A stretch of DNA of 61,345 nucleotides, the filler included. It is 3 parts of 3 records of this genome, joined end to end, with 100 filler letters (N's around TTAATTAATTAA, not from the genome) between each part and the next. Parts side by side here need not be neighbours in the genome. Positions count along the whole stretch, not along the records: positions 1 to 26,077 come from SRR20825010_401; 2 more parts are not named here. The stretch is one strand, 5' to 3'. Below the pieces are notes generated by a model, which searched no databases, was not told where the DNA came from, and saw nothing but the letters and a program-made list of their open reading frames with translations. Made by a program: the position numbers and the translations under genes. Below, one piece after another: positions 9,292-19,807 of this stretch (position 1 is its first letter; each line of letters opens with the position of its first letter).

Positions 9292-10095
9292 TCAGTCGGT
9301 TTTCGTTTCCTGGGATTTCTCTGGGGATGTTTCCGGGGATGTGTAACTACCGCCCCTAAGTGCACTCATAAGCGCATCAAGAAGTTTTGCGTCGATGTTC
9401 TTGCCCGCCGCCAGATAATCAAGCACGTCAACGTCAATCTCACCTAGCGACCTGAGCGCCCCTGAACCAACGCTGCCCTGACTGACGTACCACGCAACCA
9501 CGGTCTTGTCGGCCAGCATCAGGTCTGCGCGGCCACCAAGCAACAAGTTGATCTGCCCACCAACGGGTAGCGCCGGCACAGCCATCACCGAACGCTGCGG
9601 CAACTTCAGTTTCTCAAAAAACTCGCATTGGCTCGAGCCCATGTTGCACACCGCACGGTAATCGCCGTGCACGAGGCTCGGGATATCCTGCGGCGCACCC
9701 TCGCCATTTCGGATATAGATCGTGAGTTTCTTCTGGTTCAGCGGCATGATCCAGTGAAACTGATCCTCGCGCTCAGGGATACGGTTCAATGAATATATGA
9801 GCGTGTTCTTCTCAAGGCTCGCAGACTGCAAAGCACGCTTCCAGCCCACGACGGTAATCTCATAAGGTACACCAGCGCGGTCGAGAAACGCCCGCACATG
9901 GTCTGTCGCGATGCCGACAGGCTCGCCGTTATGATCCACATAACTATAGGGAGGATGTGTGTTCGTGAATACCCGAAGGGTAGGGTAGGTTGTATTTTCA
10001 GTATTCTTTTCAAGTGCTTGGGCACCAAAACTGAACGCAAGAAGAAGCGGAAAAACAACGCTACGGACAACACTCAACACGGAACTCCAGTACAA
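9292..10095 (-). CDS. Periplasmic substrate-binding protein (family 3-like), orphan
   Basis: Signal peptide, HPPYSY, GIATDHVR, WKRA, RIPEREDQFHW, LLGGRADL. Confidence 0.75.
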   Translation of the reverse strand: MYWSSVLSVVRSVVFPLLLAFSFGAQALEKNTENTTYPTLRVFTNTHPPYSYVDHNGEPVGIATDHVRAFLDRAGVPYEITVVGWKRALQSASLEKNTLIYSLNRIPEREDQFHWIMPLNQKKLTIYIRNGEGAPQDIPSLVHGDYRAVCNMGSSQCEFFEKLKLPQRSVMAVPALPVGGQINLLLGGRADLMLADKTVVAWYVSQGSVGSGALRSLGEIDVDVLDYLAAGKNIDAKLLDALMSALRGGSYTSPETSPEKSQETKTD

Positions 10096-10200
10096 AACTA
10101 CATATAACTCTCGCCCCTCGGCCCTCCTTTAACCCAAGCCTATATAATATTCAACCACCGAGTGCATGCCGGGCGACCAAGCACCCGGCACCGCCCCCTG

Positions 10201-10881
10201 TTATGATGCGATTTTACGGTACTTTGCAGCGTTCGCCTCCCGCCTTTCCAGCCGCTCGGCCAACAATTTGTTAACAGCGTTCACAATCACATCGTCCGCC
10301 ACGCTGGGGTGACCACTTTCAAAGGGCGGGGCCGGGTTATATTCGGTCGCAAGCTGGATCATTTTAGCGACAGTTTCACCAACCAGTTCCGCCGTTAGTG
10401 TGAGCGCAAAATCAATGCCTGCTGTCACGCCGCCGCCCGTGGCGCGGTCCCGGTCGATCACCACCCGGTCGGTGCAGGGAATGGCACCAAAATCGGCCAG
10501 CATGTCCACAGACGTCCAATGGCTTGTGGCTTTGTAGCCTTTCAACAAGCCCGCAGCACCCAGGATCAGCGAGCCGGTGCACACGGAGGTCACGAACCGC
10601 GCACCCGCCGCCTGACGGCGCAGAAACGCGAGCGTTGCTTCATCGTCAAACAGACAGTCTACATAGGGGCCACCCGGCACACACAGTACGTCAAGCTGCG
10701 GGCAGTCATCAAGCGTGGTGGTTGGTGTGAGCTTGAGGCCGGTATCTGCCGCCACCGGCTCCAGCGTTTTGGCTGCCAAGTGAACTTCGCCCCCCGGTAC
10801 GTGGGAGAAAACCTCAAACGGCCCGGCAAAATCAAGCTGGGTCAGTTGCGGGAATAGGTAGAAGCCGAATTTTATAGTCAT
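10201..10881 (-). CDS. DJ-1/PfpI family protein (isonitrile hydratase InhA-like)
   Basis: TQLDFAGP, SVCTGSLILGAAGLL, GGGVTAGIDFAL, EYNPAPPFESG. Confidence 0.9.
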   Translation of the reverse strand: MTIKFGFYLFPQLTQLDFAGPFEVFSHVPGGEVHLAAKTLEPVAADTGLKLTPTTTLDDCPQLDVLCVPGGPYVDCLFDDEATLAFLRRQAAGARFVTSVCTGSLILGAAGLLKGYKATSHWTSVDMLADFGAIPCTDRVVIDRDRATGGGVTAGIDFALTLTAELVGETVAKMIQLATEYNPAPPFESGHPSVADDVIVNAVNKLLAERLERREANAAKYRKIAS

Positions 10882-10975
10882 GGAAGTATCCTTTTCCTCG
10901 TTGCCGCGCTCGGTTGTGGCGCACGCGGTTGGGCCTTGTGGCCCTTCTCACTCGCAGCATAGGCTTGCCTCACTT

Positions 10976-11010
10976 TGGCGGATATGACATATTATTATTA
11001 ATTTCTGCCA
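10976..11010. promoter_or_regulatory. Imperfect inverted repeat, candidate operator between the DJ-1 gene and its divergent GlxA-family regulator
   Basis: TGGCGGA...TTCTGCCA around an AT-rich core. Confidence 0.4.
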
Positions 11011-11025
11011 GTATTGAGAGTGCCA

Positions 11026-12006
11026 ATGACATCAAATGCCCCCCACAAGCTGGTTCTGGTTACCTTTGATGGTGCACAGGTGCTGGACATCACCGGCCCC
11101 ATGCAGGTATTTGCCTCCGCCAACGAAGCGTTGGAGCGGGAGGTTTATAAAATCACGCTCACCAGTTCCGCGGGCGCCCGCACGGCAACAAGCGCGGGCA
11201 TCACGATTGAGACTACGCCACTGTCTGTGCTACCGCCTGACGCTGTCGCTGATACGCTGATGATTGCAGGTGGCCACGGCACCCGCGCGGCGGTGACCGA
11301 TGAAACCCTGCTGGATTGGGTGCGACGTGCAGCAAAGGATGCGCGGCGTATCACAAGCGTATGCAGTGGCACCTTCATCCTCGCCGCCGCCGGGCTTCTG
11401 GACGGCAGGCGCGCAGCCACGCACTGGAATTATGCCAACGCGCTGGCCCGACTCTACCCCGCAGTGACGGTAGACGCCGATGCCATTTATGTTGAGGACG
11501 GCCCTTACTGGACCTCCGCCGGGGTCACGGCAGGTATTGATATGAGCCTCGCGATGGTGGAACGCGACCATGGCCGGGACCTGGCCATGAATATTGCCCG
11601 GCGACTGGTGGTTTATGCGCGCAGGCCGGGGTACCAAAGCCAGTTCAGCACGCTTCTGAAGGGCCAGAGCCGGGGCAGCGCACCGGTTGCCAAAGCCATC
11701 ACCTGGATGGTGGATAATATGAAAGGCGCTGTCACCGTGGCGCAGGCGGCTGACCATGTGGGCATGAGCGAGCGCAGCTTCCACCGGCGTTTTGTGTCTG
11801 AGACCAACAGCACACCGGCACGATATCTGGAACGGCTTCGCCTTGATGCCGCGCGTATGCTTCTGGAGGAAACATCAGAGCCCCTGAAAGCCGTAGCCGC
11901 CGAGGCTGGGTTTGGCACACCGTCGCGCCTCATACAGGTGTTTGAAAGGCGCTTTGGGTTGTCGCCTACGGCTTACCGGAACCTGCATCACCACCACACA
12001 AGGTAA
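11026..12006 (+). CDS. GlxA family AraC transcriptional regulator (DJ-1 + AraC HTH)
   Basis: LDITGPMQVF, SVCSGTFILA, TSAGVTAGID, RRPGYQSQFS, C-terminal AraC HTH. Confidence 0.93.
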   Translation: MTSNAPHKLVLVTFDGAQVLDITGPMQVFASANEALEREVYKITLTSSAGARTATSAGITIETTPLSVLPPDAVADTLMIAGGHGTRAAVTDETLLDWVRRAAKDARRITSVCSGTFILAAAGLLDGRRAATHWNYANALARLYPAVTVDADAIYVEDGPYWTSAGVTAGIDMSLAMVERDHGRDLAMNIARRLVVYARRPGYQSQFSTLLKGQSRGSAPVAKAITWMVDNMKGAVTVAQAADHVGMSERSFHRRFVSETNSTPARYLERLRLDAARMLLEETSEPLKAVAAEAGFGTPSRLIQVFERRFGLSPTAYRNLHHHHTR

Positions 12007-12013
12007 CGAGGCC

Positions 12014-12583
12014 TTACGCCTTGAGCCAGTTTTGCCAGACAGGGTGGTTTTTGACCAGATCAGCCACATGAGCATACCCACCGGCTGCTGGGTGGGCACC
12101 GTCTGCCGCGAGGGCTTCCTCACACCACACCGGATTATCTTTCACCGCATCAAAAATATTCACATAGGCCGCACCGTTGATCTGGGCAACCGTGGCGAGC
12201 TGGCGCGCCATTTCCCCTATCCGGTTGGTGGCGGCGCTATCGCCAGCGATGGGCAACGGGCTGATGAAAAGAACCGGCCAATGCACACGTGCGGCCATCA
12301 TGATCGCCTTGGCGTTTTTGAGCCGGTCAACCTGCCCCACAGTGATACGCTTGCGCTCGGTCAACAAACAGTCGTTTGCGCCAAAAGAAAACACCAGTCT
12401 GTCGGGCTTGTCTGCGTCTGCTTGCCCGCGCCAACGGCTCAGCACATCGGTGCTGGTATCACCACCAATGCCGTAATTGATAGCCGTGAACCCGCACTCG
12501 CCGGCCAGGCGGCCAACCCAGCCCTTGCCGGAAGGGTCACCGATGCCCGCCACAAAACTATCGCCAAAAAAGCCAATACGCAT
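12014..12583 (-). CDS. SGNH/GDSL hydrolase
   Basis: FFGDSF, NYGIGGDT, FGAND, DGAHP. Confidence 0.9.
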   Translation of the reverse strand: MRIGFFGDSFVAGIGDPSGKGWVGRLAGECGFTAINYGIGGDTSTDVLSRWRGQADADKPDRLVFSFGANDCLLTERKRITVGQVDRLKNAKAIMMAARVHWPVLFISPLPIAGDSAATNRIGEMARQLATVAQINGAAYVNIFDAVKDNPVWCEEALAADGAHPAAGGYAHVADLVKNHPVWQNWLKA

Positions 12584-12589
12584 GCGGCC

Positions 12590-13609
12590 CTACCTCGCAG
12601 CTTTCGCGAGCCTGAGAAGCGCGCGGGCGCAGATCACATCCGCCGGGTTTCCTGTGGTTTTGCACGCAAGCTCGGCCTCTAGAAGGATATCAAGCGCGGT
12701 TTCAACCTTACGGGCCGACCAGCGGCTCACCTCGCCCATGAATTTGTCACGTTCACCGAAAAACACAGGCGGCCGCAACTTGCCCACCGCTTCGCTCGCG
12801 TTCATGCCCTGGTCCATAAAACCGCGCGCGAGATGAATACGCATCAGGCGGTTCTGCAGTGTGCGAATGATAGCGATAGCGCTTTCACCTGCGGTCCAGG
12901 CGCGCTCAAGAAAACGCTCAAGCTGCTTCAAATTACCGGCTGTAACAGCTTCCGCGATCTGGTTGAGGCCAAGCGCTGCCGTATCCCCCACGCAAGCTTT
13001 GGCATCCTCAATGGTGACTTGCCCGCCTTCCGCCCCCTTATAGAGCACAAGCTTATCAAGCTCGCTGCGCGAGATCATGCGGTCGCCGCCAAGGTTATCC
13101 ACCAGATAAGCAACCGCGTCCTGATTTGCGGTCAACCCGGCGGCGGACAGCACCTGCTGCACAAGACCCATAAGGTCCTGCGCGCTATCTTCATAACAGG
13201 CAATAGCAATGGCGTTTTTGGCACCCTCCAGCAATTTCCTCAGGCTTGAGGTTGGCTTCAGGTCACCGGCGGTGATCACCAACAGGCCGTCACCCTGTGT
13301 GCTTTCAAGTACCAGCTTCACGGCTTCGGTTGCTTCGTTGCCTGCACCCTCAAGCCGCACTAGCCGCCTGCCGCCCATCATGGAAAGCGCCGCCATTTCA
13401 TCCTGCAGGACCGAAGGGCTTTCCTTGATCTCGCTGGCGCCTGGGCGTGCTACTTGAAAGGGGTCGGAAAGGTCAGGCGCGATCTGCTTGCCAATTTTCT
13501 CCGCGCGCTCCCGCACCAACCCATCATCGCGACCAAACACCAGCACCGCCCGCATGTTGGGGTCGACAGCTTTAAGTATAGCCGGGATATCGCGGGGTTT
13601 GGCTTTCAC
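12590..13609 (-). CDS. holA: DNA polymerase III delta subunit
   Basis: LVFGRDDGLVRE, SMMGGRRLV, GGDRMISRSELDKL; follows leuS-lptE. Confidence 0.93.
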   Translation of the reverse strand: MKAKPRDIPAILKAVDPNMRAVLVFGRDDGLVRERAEKIGKQIAPDLSDPFQVARPGASEIKESPSVLQDEMAALSMMGGRRLVRLEGAGNEATEAVKLVLESTQGDGLLVITAGDLKPTSSLRKLLEGAKNAIAIACYEDSAQDLMGLVQQVLSAAGLTANQDAVAYLVDNLGGDRMISRSELDKLVLYKGAEGGQVTIEDAKACVGDTAALGLNQIAEAVTAGNLKQLERFLERAWTAGESAIAIIRTLQNRLMRIHLARGFMDQGMNASEAVGKLRPPVFFGERDKFMGEVSRWSARKVETALDILLEAELACKTTGNPADVICARALLRLAKAAR

Positions 13610-14100
13610 GGTGTTTCTTTGACTTGAGTGAAATAGAGCGCAAGACGGCGATGGATGCGCTCCGCCAGTTCAAGCACAAGGCGGCGGGCACTATCTTCGC
13701 GGCGGCTCAGGATCGCATAATCGGATAGCACGAGGTCGTAAGAAGTGGTTGAACGCATATCCTCTTCGAACACCAGCTCTTCGCCATTCAGGTTCACAAG
13801 CTTCACGTGCGCGATGACGGTAAGCTGTTCCTGCGTTGCGGCCGCATCGGGGCGGATACCGTAGCCTTCGCTGGCCTGCTCAAGCGTTATCTCAAGCCGG
13901 TAATCGGGCGTGCCACCGGTGCCAAGCCGGTCCAGAAGCCGGTTGCGCATCTGTTGGCCAATCCGGTCTGCGATCGGTGCAACTTCAATGCCGGAGAGAT
14001 GATCACGCATCGCATCGGCCGACCCGCCTGCCTCATAAAGCGGACGAAACCCGCACGCGCTGAGGAAAAGAAGGCTGGCGATGACAAAGGCGTGTTTCAT
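13606..14100 (-). CDS. lptE: LPS assembly lipoprotein LptE
   Basis: Lipobox LSAC-GFRPLY; lies between leuS and holA. Confidence 0.88.
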   Translation of the reverse strand: MKHAFVIASLLFLSACGFRPLYEAGGSADAMRDHLSGIEVAPIADRIGQQMRNRLLDRLGTGGTPDYRLEITLEQASEGYGIRPDAAATQEQLTVIAHVKLVNLNGEELVFEEDMRSTTSYDLVLSDYAILSRREDSARRLVLELAERIHRRLALYFTQVKETP

Positions 14101-14101
14101 A

Positions 14102-16666
14102 TCAGTTCACCACTATGTTGACGATCCGGCCCGGTACAACGATCACCTTACGGATTGTACCCTCATCCGTGAAGCGTTTGATGGCCTCGGATGCGAGAGC
14201 AATTTTCTCAACCCCGTCCTTTGGCATGTCCTTGGCCACTTCAATGGTGTCACGCACCTTGCCGTTGACCTGAACCGCCATTTTAACCGTGTCATCAACG
14301 GTGAAGGTTTTATCGGCTTTTGGCCACGGCGTATTGGCCACAAGGTCGTTATGACCGAGCTTTTTCCATAGCTCTTCCGCCAGGTGCGGCATCATAGGTG
14401 CCACAAGCAAAACAAGTGTTTCCAGCGCTTCACGAAGCGCTTCACCGGCACCGTCACCAGTGCATTTGCCGCCAATAGCGTTCGCAAATTCATAAAGGCG
14501 CGCCACGGCCTTATTGAAATGCAGGTTCTCGATATCTGCGGTAACACCTTCAATAGACTTGTGGGTGGCTTTCCTGAGCGCAAGCGCCGTGGGAGAAAGC
14601 TTTTCCGGCACCGCGGCGCCATAGGCACCCACAGGCGCGGGCGGTGTATCCACAAGGCGGAACACCCGCTGCGCAAAACGCCACGCGCCCTCAATACCCG
14701 CTTCGGTCCACAACAGGTCCCGCTCTGGCGGGCTGTCGGAAAGCACAAACCAACGCGCTGTATCTGCGCCGTACTGGTCGATGATATCGTCCGGGTCCAC
14801 CACGTTGCGCTTGGATTTGGACATTTTCTCAATGCGGCCTTCGGTCACCTCAAGGCCATTATCTGAGCGGTAGAGCGTGCCATCATCGCGCGGACGAACA
14901 AGTTCGGGGAACACCCACTCGTCATCGCTGTCCTTATAGGTCACATGGTTGACCATGCCCTGCGTGAACAGCCCCTCAAACGGCTCCGTCACATTGGTGC
15001 GGCCCACGTGCCTGAGAGCACGGGTGAAGAACCGCGCGTACAAAAGGTGCAGGATCGCATGCTCAACACCACCGATATATTGTTTCACCGGCAGCCATTC
15101 GTTCACCACGTCCGTATCAAACGGTGCGTCGGCGTCCGGCGTGCAGAAGCGCATGAAGTACCATGACGAATCGACAAAAGTGTCCATCGTATCGGTTTCG
15201 CGCACAGCTTTCTTGCCGCAAGCCGGGCATTTGGTGTGTTTCCAGGTAGGGTGATGCTCAAGCGGGTTGCCCGGTTTGTCGAAAGAAACATCTTCCGGCA
15301 GGGTTACAGGCAGTTGTTCGCTCGGCACAGGCACCACGCCGCAGTCATCACAGTGCACAAACGGGATCGGTGTACCCCAGTAACGCTGGCGCGACACGCC
15401 CCAGTCCCGCAGGCGGAAGTTTACCGTGCGCTCGCCCCAGCCTTCGCTTTCTGCGCGGTCGATCAGCGCGGCTTTTGCGGCCATGGTGTCCATGCCGTCA
15501 AGGAAGCGGCTGTTTATCATGGTGCCGGGGCCCGTATAGGGTTCATCACCAAGGCTATATGTTGCGGCGTCTTCACCTTCAGGCAACACCACCGGAATGA
15601 TCGGCAGGTCGTATTTGCGGGCAAAATCAAAGTCGCGCTGGTCACCGGCGGGGCAGGCGAAAATCGCGCCCGTGCCGTAATCCATCAACACGAAGTTCGC
15701 CACATAAACAGGCAACTCCCAACTATCATCAAATGGATGCCTGACGGTGAGGCCGGTGTTGAAGCCTCGTTTCTCAGCCTTCTCGATCGCTTCTTCCGTG
15801 GTGCCGGTCTTGCGGCATTCTTCACAGAAGTTTTTCAGATCTGCGCTTTGTTCTGCCAGTTTGGCGGCGAGCGGGTGGTCGGCTGCGATGGCGCAGAAAC
15901 TGGCGCCAAACAGCGTATCGGGCCGCGTGGTATAAACCGGCAGCTTTTCGCCTGTTTGTGTGATCTCGAAATCAAACTTGAGGCCTTCCGACCGGCCGAT
16001 CCAGTTTTCCTGCATCAGCCGCACTTTGTCAGGCCAGCGCTCAAGGGTTTTGAGGCCGTCCAGCAGTTCGTCGGCAAAATCGGTGATCTTGAGGAACCAC
16101 TGGCTGAGCTTGCGGCGCTCAACCGTGGCACCCGAGCGCCAGCCTTTGCCGTCAATCACCTGCTCGTTTGCGAGCACGGTGTTGTCAACCGGGTCCCAGT
16201 TTACCCAGCTCTCTTTGCGGTACACGAGGCCCGCATTGAAGAAATCGATAAAAATCTGCTGTTCTTTGCCATAATAGGCCGGGTCGCATGTGGCGACCTC
16301 CCGCTCCCAATCAATGGCAAAACCAACCTGCTTGAGCTGGTCACGCATGTTGGCGATATTGTCATAGGTCCAGTCAGCCGGGTGTACCTTGCGCTCCATC
16401 GCCGCGTTTTCCGCCGGCATGCCAAACGCGTCCCACCCCATGGGGTGCAACACCTCATAACCGTTGGCGCGGCGGAAGCGTGCGACCACGTCACCAAGCG
16501 TATAGTTGCGCACATGACCCATGTGGATGCGCCCGCTTGGGTAAGGGAACATCTCCAGCACATAGTATTTTGGCTTGTCTGATTTGCTATCGGTCTGGAA
16601 AGTTTTGGCGTCGGTCCAAATCTTCTGCCATTTGGCTTCGGTTGCCTTAGCGTTATAGCGCGACAT
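14102..16666 (-). CDS. leuS: Leucine--tRNA ligase
   Basis: [13 protein letters not shown] (HIGH-like), KMSKS, editing domain TTRPDT. Confidence 0.98.
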   Translation of the reverse strand: MSRYNAKATEAKWQKIWTDAKTFQTDSKSDKPKYYVLEMFPYPSGRIHMGHVRNYTLGDVVARFRRANGYEVLHPMGWDAFGMPAENAAMERKVHPADWTYDNIANMRDQLKQVGFAIDWEREVATCDPAYYGKEQQIFIDFFNAGLVYRKESWVNWDPVDNTVLANEQVIDGKGWRSGATVERRKLSQWFLKITDFADELLDGLKTLERWPDKVRLMQENWIGRSEGLKFDFEITQTGEKLPVYTTRPDTLFGASFCAIAADHPLAAKLAEQSADLKNFCEECRKTGTTEEAIEKAEKRGFNTGLTVRHPFDDSWELPVYVANFVLMDYGTGAIFACPAGDQRDFDFARKYDLPIIPVVLPEGEDAATYSLGDEPYTGPGTMINSRFLDGMDTMAAKAALIDRAESEGWGERTVNFRLRDWGVSRQRYWGTPIPFVHCDDCGVVPVPSEQLPVTLPEDVSFDKPGNPLEHHPTWKHTKCPACGKKAVRETDTMDTFVDSSWYFMRFCTPDADAPFDTDVVNEWLPVKQYIGGVEHAILHLLYARFFTRALRHVGRTNVTEPFEGLFTQGMVNHVTYKDSDDEWVFPELVRPRDDGTLYRSDNGLEVTEGRIEKMSKSKRNVVDPDDIIDQYGADTARWFVLSDSPPERDLLWTEAGIEGAWRFAQRVFRLVDTPPAPVGAYGAAVPEKLSPTALALRKATHKSIEGVTADIENLHFNKAVARLYEFANAIGGKCTGDGAGEALREALETLVLLVAPMMPHLAEELWKKLGHNDLVANTPWPKADKTFTVDDTVKMAVQVNGKVRDTIEVAKDMPKDGVEKIALASEAIKRFTDEGTIRKVIVVPGRIVNIVVN

Positions 16667-16789
16667 GTTCAATCTCGGTCTACTGGCCGTGTGTGTGCGG
16701 CGAATTTTAAACTGAAACAGCCGGGCAGATGCCCGGCGCATACGGAATTCTCACAGGCTTTGCCCCACAAGATTGCGGGGCAAAAAAAC

Positions 16790-17230
16790 CTAACGGCGCG
16801 CTTCGACGCGAAGTTGCCGCGCACGAGCCAGAATAGCTTCTTCAACCTGCAGCGTTGTCGCAGCCTGAACCGGCACGCTGAGCCACGCGCCACCTTCCTC
16901 GCGTTCCTGGCGTACAACTGACACCCGAACTGCGTCGGAGCGCAGGTCTTCAGACAGGAACTGGATCGTTACCTTCACACGCTCGTTCGGCGCTGTGGCC
17001 GTTGAGTGCCAGTCGGTAACGATCACGCCGCCTGACGGCGCAACCTGGTCAAACGGCATGAAGGAAAGCGTATCAAGCGTCGCCTGCCACAGGTATCCAT
17101 TTACACCAATCGCTGTTGTGCGGGGAGCGAGGCCTTTGCCGTCGTCATCACCACCACCAAACAATCCGGAACAGGCACCAAGCGTTAAGGCTACTGTCAG
17201 CGCCATCATGGTCCGGGCAAAATTCTGCAT
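16790..17230 (-). CDS. DUF3576 family lipoprotein
   Basis: Lipobox LGAC; IGVNGYLWQATLDTLSFMP, GGVIVTDW. Confidence 0.85.
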   Translation of the reverse strand: MQNFARTMMALTVALTLGACSGLFGGGDDDGKGLAPRTTAIGVNGYLWQATLDTLSFMPFDQVAPSGGVIVTDWHSTATAPNERVKVTIQFLSEDLRSDAVRVSVVRQEREEGGAWLSVPVQAATTLQVEEAILARARQLRVEARR

Positions 17231-17463
17231 GCTACACCCCGTAGATTCGTTTTTATTGACGCATGTTGTTACCCACCAAATGTGTAACAATCATGGCTTA
17301 CTTGCGGGTTATAACGACCCTATAGGCTGCTGACCAGCCAGAAAGTTGATCAAATAGTGGCAAGGAGGCCACAGAGCGCCCTATTTTTGCCCTGCCATCT
17401 TGCATAGTGGGGGGTAGATTCAATACCATAGGCACAAGTTATGAGAGCGAGTCTCCCCAGGTC

Positions 17464-18354
17464 ATGAAGTACGCGTTAAAATATAGCATCGCCGCCCTGA
17501 TGGTTTGCGGCATCTCGGTTGCCTCCGCAGCTGAGGATAAAGCTCGTTTTGAAGCGACCGGCTTTATGCAAAGCCTTGACCTTTTTGTGGCAGAACAGAT
17601 CGCCAAGCTTCGTAGCAATCACAAAACCGATAAAGCCGAGAATATCAAAGACCTTGAGCTGAGCCTTCGGGACAACTCAGGCAAGGACGATAGCGGTTTC
17701 TTTTACCTGCGCGACAGAAGCGCCAGCGTATCTGGCACCCTTGGCGCGCCCGGTAATTTGAACGACCGGCCTGATTTCTCGTCGCTCCTTGCGCCAGATG
17801 GCACTGTGCGTGGCTCCTATGGGCAAGACCTCTTTGGTGCAAACTCCCGCGTGGGAATCACCTTTGGTGGCGACCCGAACGGCGCACCGAGCGACCGTGG
17901 GCTTGAGTTCGCACTTGAAAGCAATTATCGCCTTTCCTTGCAGGGGCTTTCTGCTGCAAACGGTTTTGGCTCCACCGATCAGGCTGAGCGGCACTATAAC
18001 CTCGGTTTCTCTGTCGGGTATTCCGGCTTTAATGTTGACGCATCAGTGATGCGGCAGGAAAGCCTGTTTGAGCGCGAGATTTCCGGCTACGGCGTTGGTT
18101 TCTCCTATCAGGCCACCAGTTGGACCGCGCGGCTTTCGCTGAGCGAATATAAAGAAGGCGCGGACCTTTACGGTATCGAGAATGAAGCCCGCAACATTAT
18201 CTCAGTTGAGCTTGGTGCCAGCTACCGGCTGACAGACAGTGTCGGCCTCAAGGGCGGTGTGCGCTATTATGATTACGGCAGCCGCATGATGCTTGACCCG
18301 GATGCGGGTGAAAAATCCCAGATGGTTTTCCTGGGTGGACGTCTCAAGTTCTAG
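17464..18354 (+). CDS. Outer-membrane porin-like beta-barrel
   Basis: Signal peptide, amphipathic beta strands, C-terminal Phe (GGRLKF). Confidence 0.7.
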   Translation: MKYALKYSIAALMVCGISVASAAEDKARFEATGFMQSLDLFVAEQIAKLRSNHKTDKAENIKDLELSLRDNSGKDDSGFFYLRDRSASVSGTLGAPGNLNDRPDFSSLLAPDGTVRGSYGQDLFGANSRVGITFGGDPNGAPSDRGLEFALESNYRLSLQGLSAANGFGSTDQAERHYNLGFSVGYSGFNVDASVMRQESLFEREISGYGVGFSYQATSWTARLSLSEYKEGADLYGIENEARNIISVELGASYRLTDSVGLKGGVRYYDYGSRMMLDPDAGEKSQMVFLGGRLKF

Positions 18355-18360
18355 GCTTTT

Positions 18361-18963
18361 TCAAGCTGACAACCCATCAATCGCCGCAAGGGCCGCTAAA
18401 TCTAGCGGCCTTAGTTTTTTTGCGCTTACGCTGTTCACACCGCCAAGGGCCGCAACAGCGAGCGGTGCGTGGCTTATAAGCCGCGCAAACCGGTGAATGC
18501 CCAGTGCGCCTGCGCCCTCGTGGCTGCGGGTTTCAAAAACCGGGGATACAAGGCCTAAGTCCACCCCCAGCCGGGCGGCCTGCACCATCGCCTTACGGTC
18601 ATGGCAGGCAGCAGTAACAAAAGAAAAACCCGAAAGGTTTGGCCGGGTGTAAAGCTGATGCTGGGGCAGGTGCACACCATCCGCCCCCACTGTGCGCGCG
18701 AGCCTAACATCCCCCGCAACCAGAAGAAGCTGTCGCCCCTCTCGTGTTAGCTGCCTGAGCGAGGTGGCAAGACCGGCACGGTCTTTATGCTCATAATCAC
18801 GGCAGATCACGATACTGCCCGCAGGCAAGGCACGCACAATTTTAAGCATATCCGGCACGCGCGCGGCATCTGTTATAAAAATGAGGCGCACGCCGCCACC
18901 CGCCCGGGAGAGGGGGTGTGATAAACTGGTAGCCCGGTTTTTTTTGTCTGCGCGCTTGACCAT
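18361..18963 (-). CDS. Thiamine phosphate synthase family (ThiE/TenI-like)
   Basis: GADGVHLP, AACH, SPVFETRSH, ALGGV. Confidence 0.85.
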   Translation of the reverse strand: MVKRADKKNRATSLSHPLSRAGGGVRLIFITDAARVPDMLKIVRALPAGSIVICRDYEHKDRAGLATSLRQLTREGRQLLLVAGDVRLARTVGADGVHLPQHQLYTRPNLSGFSFVTAACHDRKAMVQAARLGVDLGLVSPVFETRSHEGAGALGIHRFARLISHAPLAVAALGGVNSVSAKKLRPLDLAALAAIDGLSA

Positions 18964-19029
18964 AACCGCTTCCTAGCACATAGGGTGCATAAGCCCAATA
19001 TGACAAACAGCTTTGCCAGAGGTCTGATC

Positions 19030-19701
19030 ATGCTTCCCGATATCGCCGCGAATATTGATGCTGTCCGCCATGAAATTACCCGCATGTGCGCTCATGCGGA
19101 TGTGCCGGAAAACCAGCCGGAGCTGATTGCTGTCTCGAAAGTGCAGCCGCTTGAGAAGGTGCGCGCAGCGCTTGAGGCGGGCCACCGGGTGTTTGGTGAA
19201 AACCGGGTGCAGGAGGCCGAGGAACGCTGGGGCACCTTGAAGCCCGAGTATGACGGCGTCATATTACATCTGATCGGCAGCCTGCAGACCAATAAAGCGG
19301 CAGACGCCGTGGCGCTTTTTGATGTCATCCAGTCAGTTGACCGTATCAAGCTTGCCCGTGCGCTAGCGCGTGAGATGGAAAAACAGAGCAAAAGCCTGCC
19401 CATTTACCTGCAGGTCAACACGGGCCGCGAAGACCAGAAAGGCGGCGTGCTCAAGGAAGACCTGCCCGCCCTCTATAACGAATGCAAAAACCTTGGCCTG
19501 AGTGTCGTGGGCCTGATGTGTATCCCACCGGTGGGGGATGATCCCTCGCTTCACTTTGCACTGTTGAAGAAGTTCGCAAAAGAGCTTGGGCTTGAGCGGC
19601 TATCCATGGGTATGAGCGGGGATTATGCACTGGCCGCCGCCATGGGCGCGACTGACATCCGTGTCGGCACCGCTATCTTCGGCGCGCGAGATTATGCTTA
19701 A
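19030..19701 (+). CDS. yggS: PLP homeostasis protein YggS
   Basis: LIAVSK, FGENRVQE, HLIGSLQTNK, LSMGMSGD, IRVGTAIFG. Confidence 0.96.
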   Translation: MLPDIAANIDAVRHEITRMCAHADVPENQPELIAVSKVQPLEKVRAALEAGHRVFGENRVQEAEERWGTLKPEYDGVILHLIGSLQTNKAADAVALFDVIQSVDRIKLARALAREMEKQSKSLPIYLQVNTGREDQKGGVLKEDLPALYNECKNLGLSVVGLMCIPPVGDDPSLHFALLKKFAKELGLERLSMGMSGDYALAAAMGATDIRVGTAIFGARDYA

Positions 19702-19726
19702 CCATTTTGCTGTTTCATAAAAATCC

Positions 19727-19793
19727 AATAATGTGTGCACACACTGTTTACACGCTCGTCTCTTTCGTATAATTAGTGTGTGCACACATTATT
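19727..19793. promoter_or_regulatory. Perfect 19-bp inverted repeat (two palindromic operators) bracketing a sigma70-type promoter
   Basis: AATAATGTGTGCACACACT (19727-19745) and AGTGTGTGCACACATTATT (19775-19793); TATAAT at 19768-19773; AAGGAG RBS at 19795-19800. Confidence 0.8.
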
Positions 19794-19807
19794 AAAGGAG
19801 AAGTAAA

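Noticed and set aside
11986..11997. His4 run at the GlxA C-terminus as a tag or metal site
   Set aside because: Too short and unsupported; probably incidental.
15236..16582. 448-aa plus-strand ORF
   Set aside because: Antisense shadow of leuS, expected from GC-rich codon bias.
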